From positions 25,606,001 to 25,670,000 of the forward strand of contig CM069131.1 of NCBI GenBank assembly GCA_035221665.1: a stretch of DNA of 64,000 nucleotides, written 5' to 3'. The stretch is from Okamejei kenojei. Lineage: Eukaryota. This document shows, piece by piece, positions 61,410-64,000 of this stretch. A program made the translations under genes and the position numbers. Positions within the stretch are counted from its first letter, which is position 1, and every line of letters begins with the position of its first letter. The notes beneath the pieces are model-generated. The model was given only the letters and a program-made list of their open reading frames with translations. It did no database searches and had not been told where the DNA came from.

Positions 61410-62846
61410 GCATGCTCTGCAGGCCTGCTACAACCCTCAAGGAAATTACTGCATCGTGCTTTCTACAAGCATTGTATTTTCTTATTTATTTTTTAAAAAA
61501 CTTCTTTAAAGCAACTAAAATTTAAAGAGAACCACATTGAGTTAGTTTTAAACAAACCTGCTTGTAAATTGTTGGTTGTGTGTCAAAATGCTATCCGCCA
61601 CTCTCCTGTAACCTGCGAATTGCATTAGGGAGTCAGGACTTCTCAGCAACAAATGTGGGAGTGAGCTTGAGTGATACGGGAAGCTGTGAGTGAGGTTTGT
61701 TTTCTAATGACACTTCCACCTTTCAAACCCTCATCAAGTAAACCTCTTATTCGATTGAGTTTAAACACTGCTGTTCAACAAATTAATTGTATCTTCTTAT
61801 GGGATAAAGGAGAGAATCCTACGGCTGGAGATAGTTCTCGACTCTTTATTGGGTTTAGCAGAGTTGCTTTATTCCTACAGTGACTTGGTTCTCCTGCCAT
61901 AACTCCAACAGATTATTTGCAGATCCTCAGCAAGAGAAAGGCAAACACAGGTTTTCTCAGTAGTAGTGCCATTTCCCCTGGGGTCCCTACTGGTTTCCTG
62001 CTCGGAGATGTTCCCAGCAAGTTTCAGAATCACTCATTAGAGAGCCAAGAGGCAAATCAGCACATGGCTGTTTTAAATTACCGTTCTTCATTGGGGGCAG
62101 TACCTGATATATTAGCGATCCTTCATATATATGGCTACTGATCTCACACTGGTGAGGAGATCCTAGTTCTAACTTAGAACATAATCTGGTCATTTTAGAC
62201 GACGGCTTCTAATTTGGAAACAGCAATCTTAAATAGACAAATTGTCTTTCATTGTAACAGTTTGTCCTAATAATGTGTTAGAAAATGCAGAGCAGGCGTC
62301 ATTGCACTGGATTGCAGACCAATTACAAAACTGTGAAATGCTTAGGATAGACATAAAACAGCAGAGAAAATGATCATGTGTAAAATTGAGTGTTTGGTAG
62401 TCTTAGACCCCTAGTGTCCTCAATATGCATCTTTGTGATATGATTATACCTCAGCTCATTGAGGACCATTCAGCCCATTGAGACAGGTCTGTTCAACTCA
62501 CTGGACTCAATCATCATGCATCACCAGGAGAAGAAATGTGTCCACTGTCACATTCTTTGCAGATCCTCAGTAAGAGAAAGTCAAACACAGCTTTTCTCTG
62601 TAGGTGTGCCATTACTTATTTGTGCATTGTGCCATCATTTCTACTGAGTATATCAAATGCCTTGTGCTTGTGGAATCGTGCTTCTGTATATTCCAGTGTA
62701 GTTCACGCAAGTATCCAAGCTGGAGTCTCAGGTATGAATGAGAGAACGTTGTAGCCAATGAAAGGCAGGGTCCCCAGAGCAAAAAAATAATAATTTACAA
62801 ACCTCCCAAACGTGAATTAGTTCAGCAAACAATCATTGAGGTCCAT

Positions 62847-64000
62847 GTATAAGTATAAGTATTCACTTTATTGCCATTTCACTGAGTACTTGCATACACA
62901 GAAGAAACAAAAACATTGTTTCTCATCAGTTTTGTCATCAGTGCAATTAATAAAAACAGAAATAAATACTTACAAGTTAAAAATTATCATCTCTAAAATA
63001 GATATAAAACAGACATTCAGACAGAACAATCGGTCCCTAACATAGGAACAATTTAAGTGCTGTTCTGTGGCTTCACCTTGACAGGTGACCAGCTGTCAAG
63101 GTGTTGTGGGGGGGGGGGGGGGGGGGGGGGGGGGTTTAGATGTGTGGGTGTGTGTGTATGGGGAGGGGACACAGTCCGTTAACCATTTTTATTGCTTGTG
63201 GGAAGAAGCAGTTTAGCATCCTGCTGGTTCCACAGCTGATACTCCTGTACCTCTTCCCAGACGACAGGAGGGAGAGGATGTTGTGGGAGGGGCGGTAAGG
63301 GCCCTTAATGATGGAGACGGCTCTGTGGATGCGGCGCTTCTGGTAGATCTCCAACAGGAAAGGGAGGGGGGCACCAATGATCCTGCTGGCTGTCTTCAGT
63401 ATCCTGTTTAGCTGTTTTTGTTTGTAGCCTTGCAGCTTCCAAACCAGGAAGTGATGCCGTAGGTCAGTATGCTTTCAATGGTACCCCTGTAGAAGGTGAG
63501 CAGTGGGGAGGCCTGCTTTTCTGAGTCTCCAGAGGGGGTGGAGCCGCAGCCGTGCTCTTTTGATGACTGCTGTGGTGTTGGTCGTTGAGGTCAGGTCGTC
63601 TGCCAGGTGAACTCCCAGGAACCCTCTCCACAGCAGCACCATCAACGTGCAGCGGTGTATCATGGTGTTTGCCAGCCCTCCTGATATCAATCACCATCTC
63701 CTTCGTCTTGTCCACGTTGAGGGTGAGGTTGTGAGATCTGCACCACTCTGTCAGCAGCTCCACCTCCATCCTGTATGCCGACTCATTATTATCACTGATG
63801 AGACCCACCACTGTTGTGTCGTCAGCGAACTTGATGATGTAATTGTTGCTGAGTCTGGCTGTGCAGTCATGGGTAAGCAGACTGAACAACAGGGGGCTCA
63901 GGACACAGCCTTGGGGTGAGCCAGTGTTTGATGTCCGACTGCCCACCCTGACTGTCTGCTGCCGCTGTGTCAAAAGGTTAAGGACCCAATTGCAGTTGCC
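62847..64000 (-). mobile_element. Rex1/Babar LINE (RT fragment plus 3' UTR), runs off the window end
   Basis: ORF 63464-63973 TGSPQGCVLSPLLFSLLTHDC..IIKFADDTTVVGLISDNNESAYR..LNVDKTKEMVID; antisense tail aataaagtgaatacttatactt. Confidence 0.88.
63108..63134 (+). repeat. Poly-G homopolymer (~27 nt)
   Basis: Seen directly; lies inside the Rex1 3' region. Confidence 0.9.

Noticed and set aside
61410-64000. 3' exons of the expected convergent neighbour LRBA
   Set aside because: Synteny predicts it downstream of DCLK2, but no minus-strand WD40-like exon is recognisable in this window.

Overview
This is eukaryotic genomic DNA. The tRNA-SINE, CR1 and Penelope repertoire points to a cartilaginous fish, probably a skate or ray (inference). 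The window holds the 3' half of one + strand gene, doublecortin-like kinase 2 (DCLK2). Ten GT-AG coding exons (1892-2000, 2707-2764, 9360-9479, 14330-14476, 30452-30585, 32163-32240, 34751-34847, 40471-40551, 42538-42651, 61230-61409) splice in frame (1118 nt) into an intact CAMK-type kinase domain plus C-terminal tail. Almost all ORFs in the supplied track are spurious or transposon remnants. The introns contain CR1, Rex1/Babar and RTE LINE fragments, tRNA-derived SINEs, six PIF/Harbinger-type MITEs, a decayed DIRS1 element with its ITR/ICR architecture, and many Penelope-like element (PLE) pieces. Most interesting: (1) very small PLE-terminus insertions with 11-16 bp TSDs, some carrying a minimal hammerhead-ribozyme-like motif, including a head-to-tail ~95-nt trimer resembling a retrozyme and one insertion that captured foreign exon-like DNA; (2) candidate microexons in the last DCLK2 intron that would change the kinase C-terminal tail; (3) an inverted MITE pair bracketing a 120-nt phase-0 kinase exon; (4) local templated or inverted duplications. 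No database searches or folding programs were run. TE family names come from recalled motifs, and TE boundaries are approximate unless a TSD or TIR is quoted.
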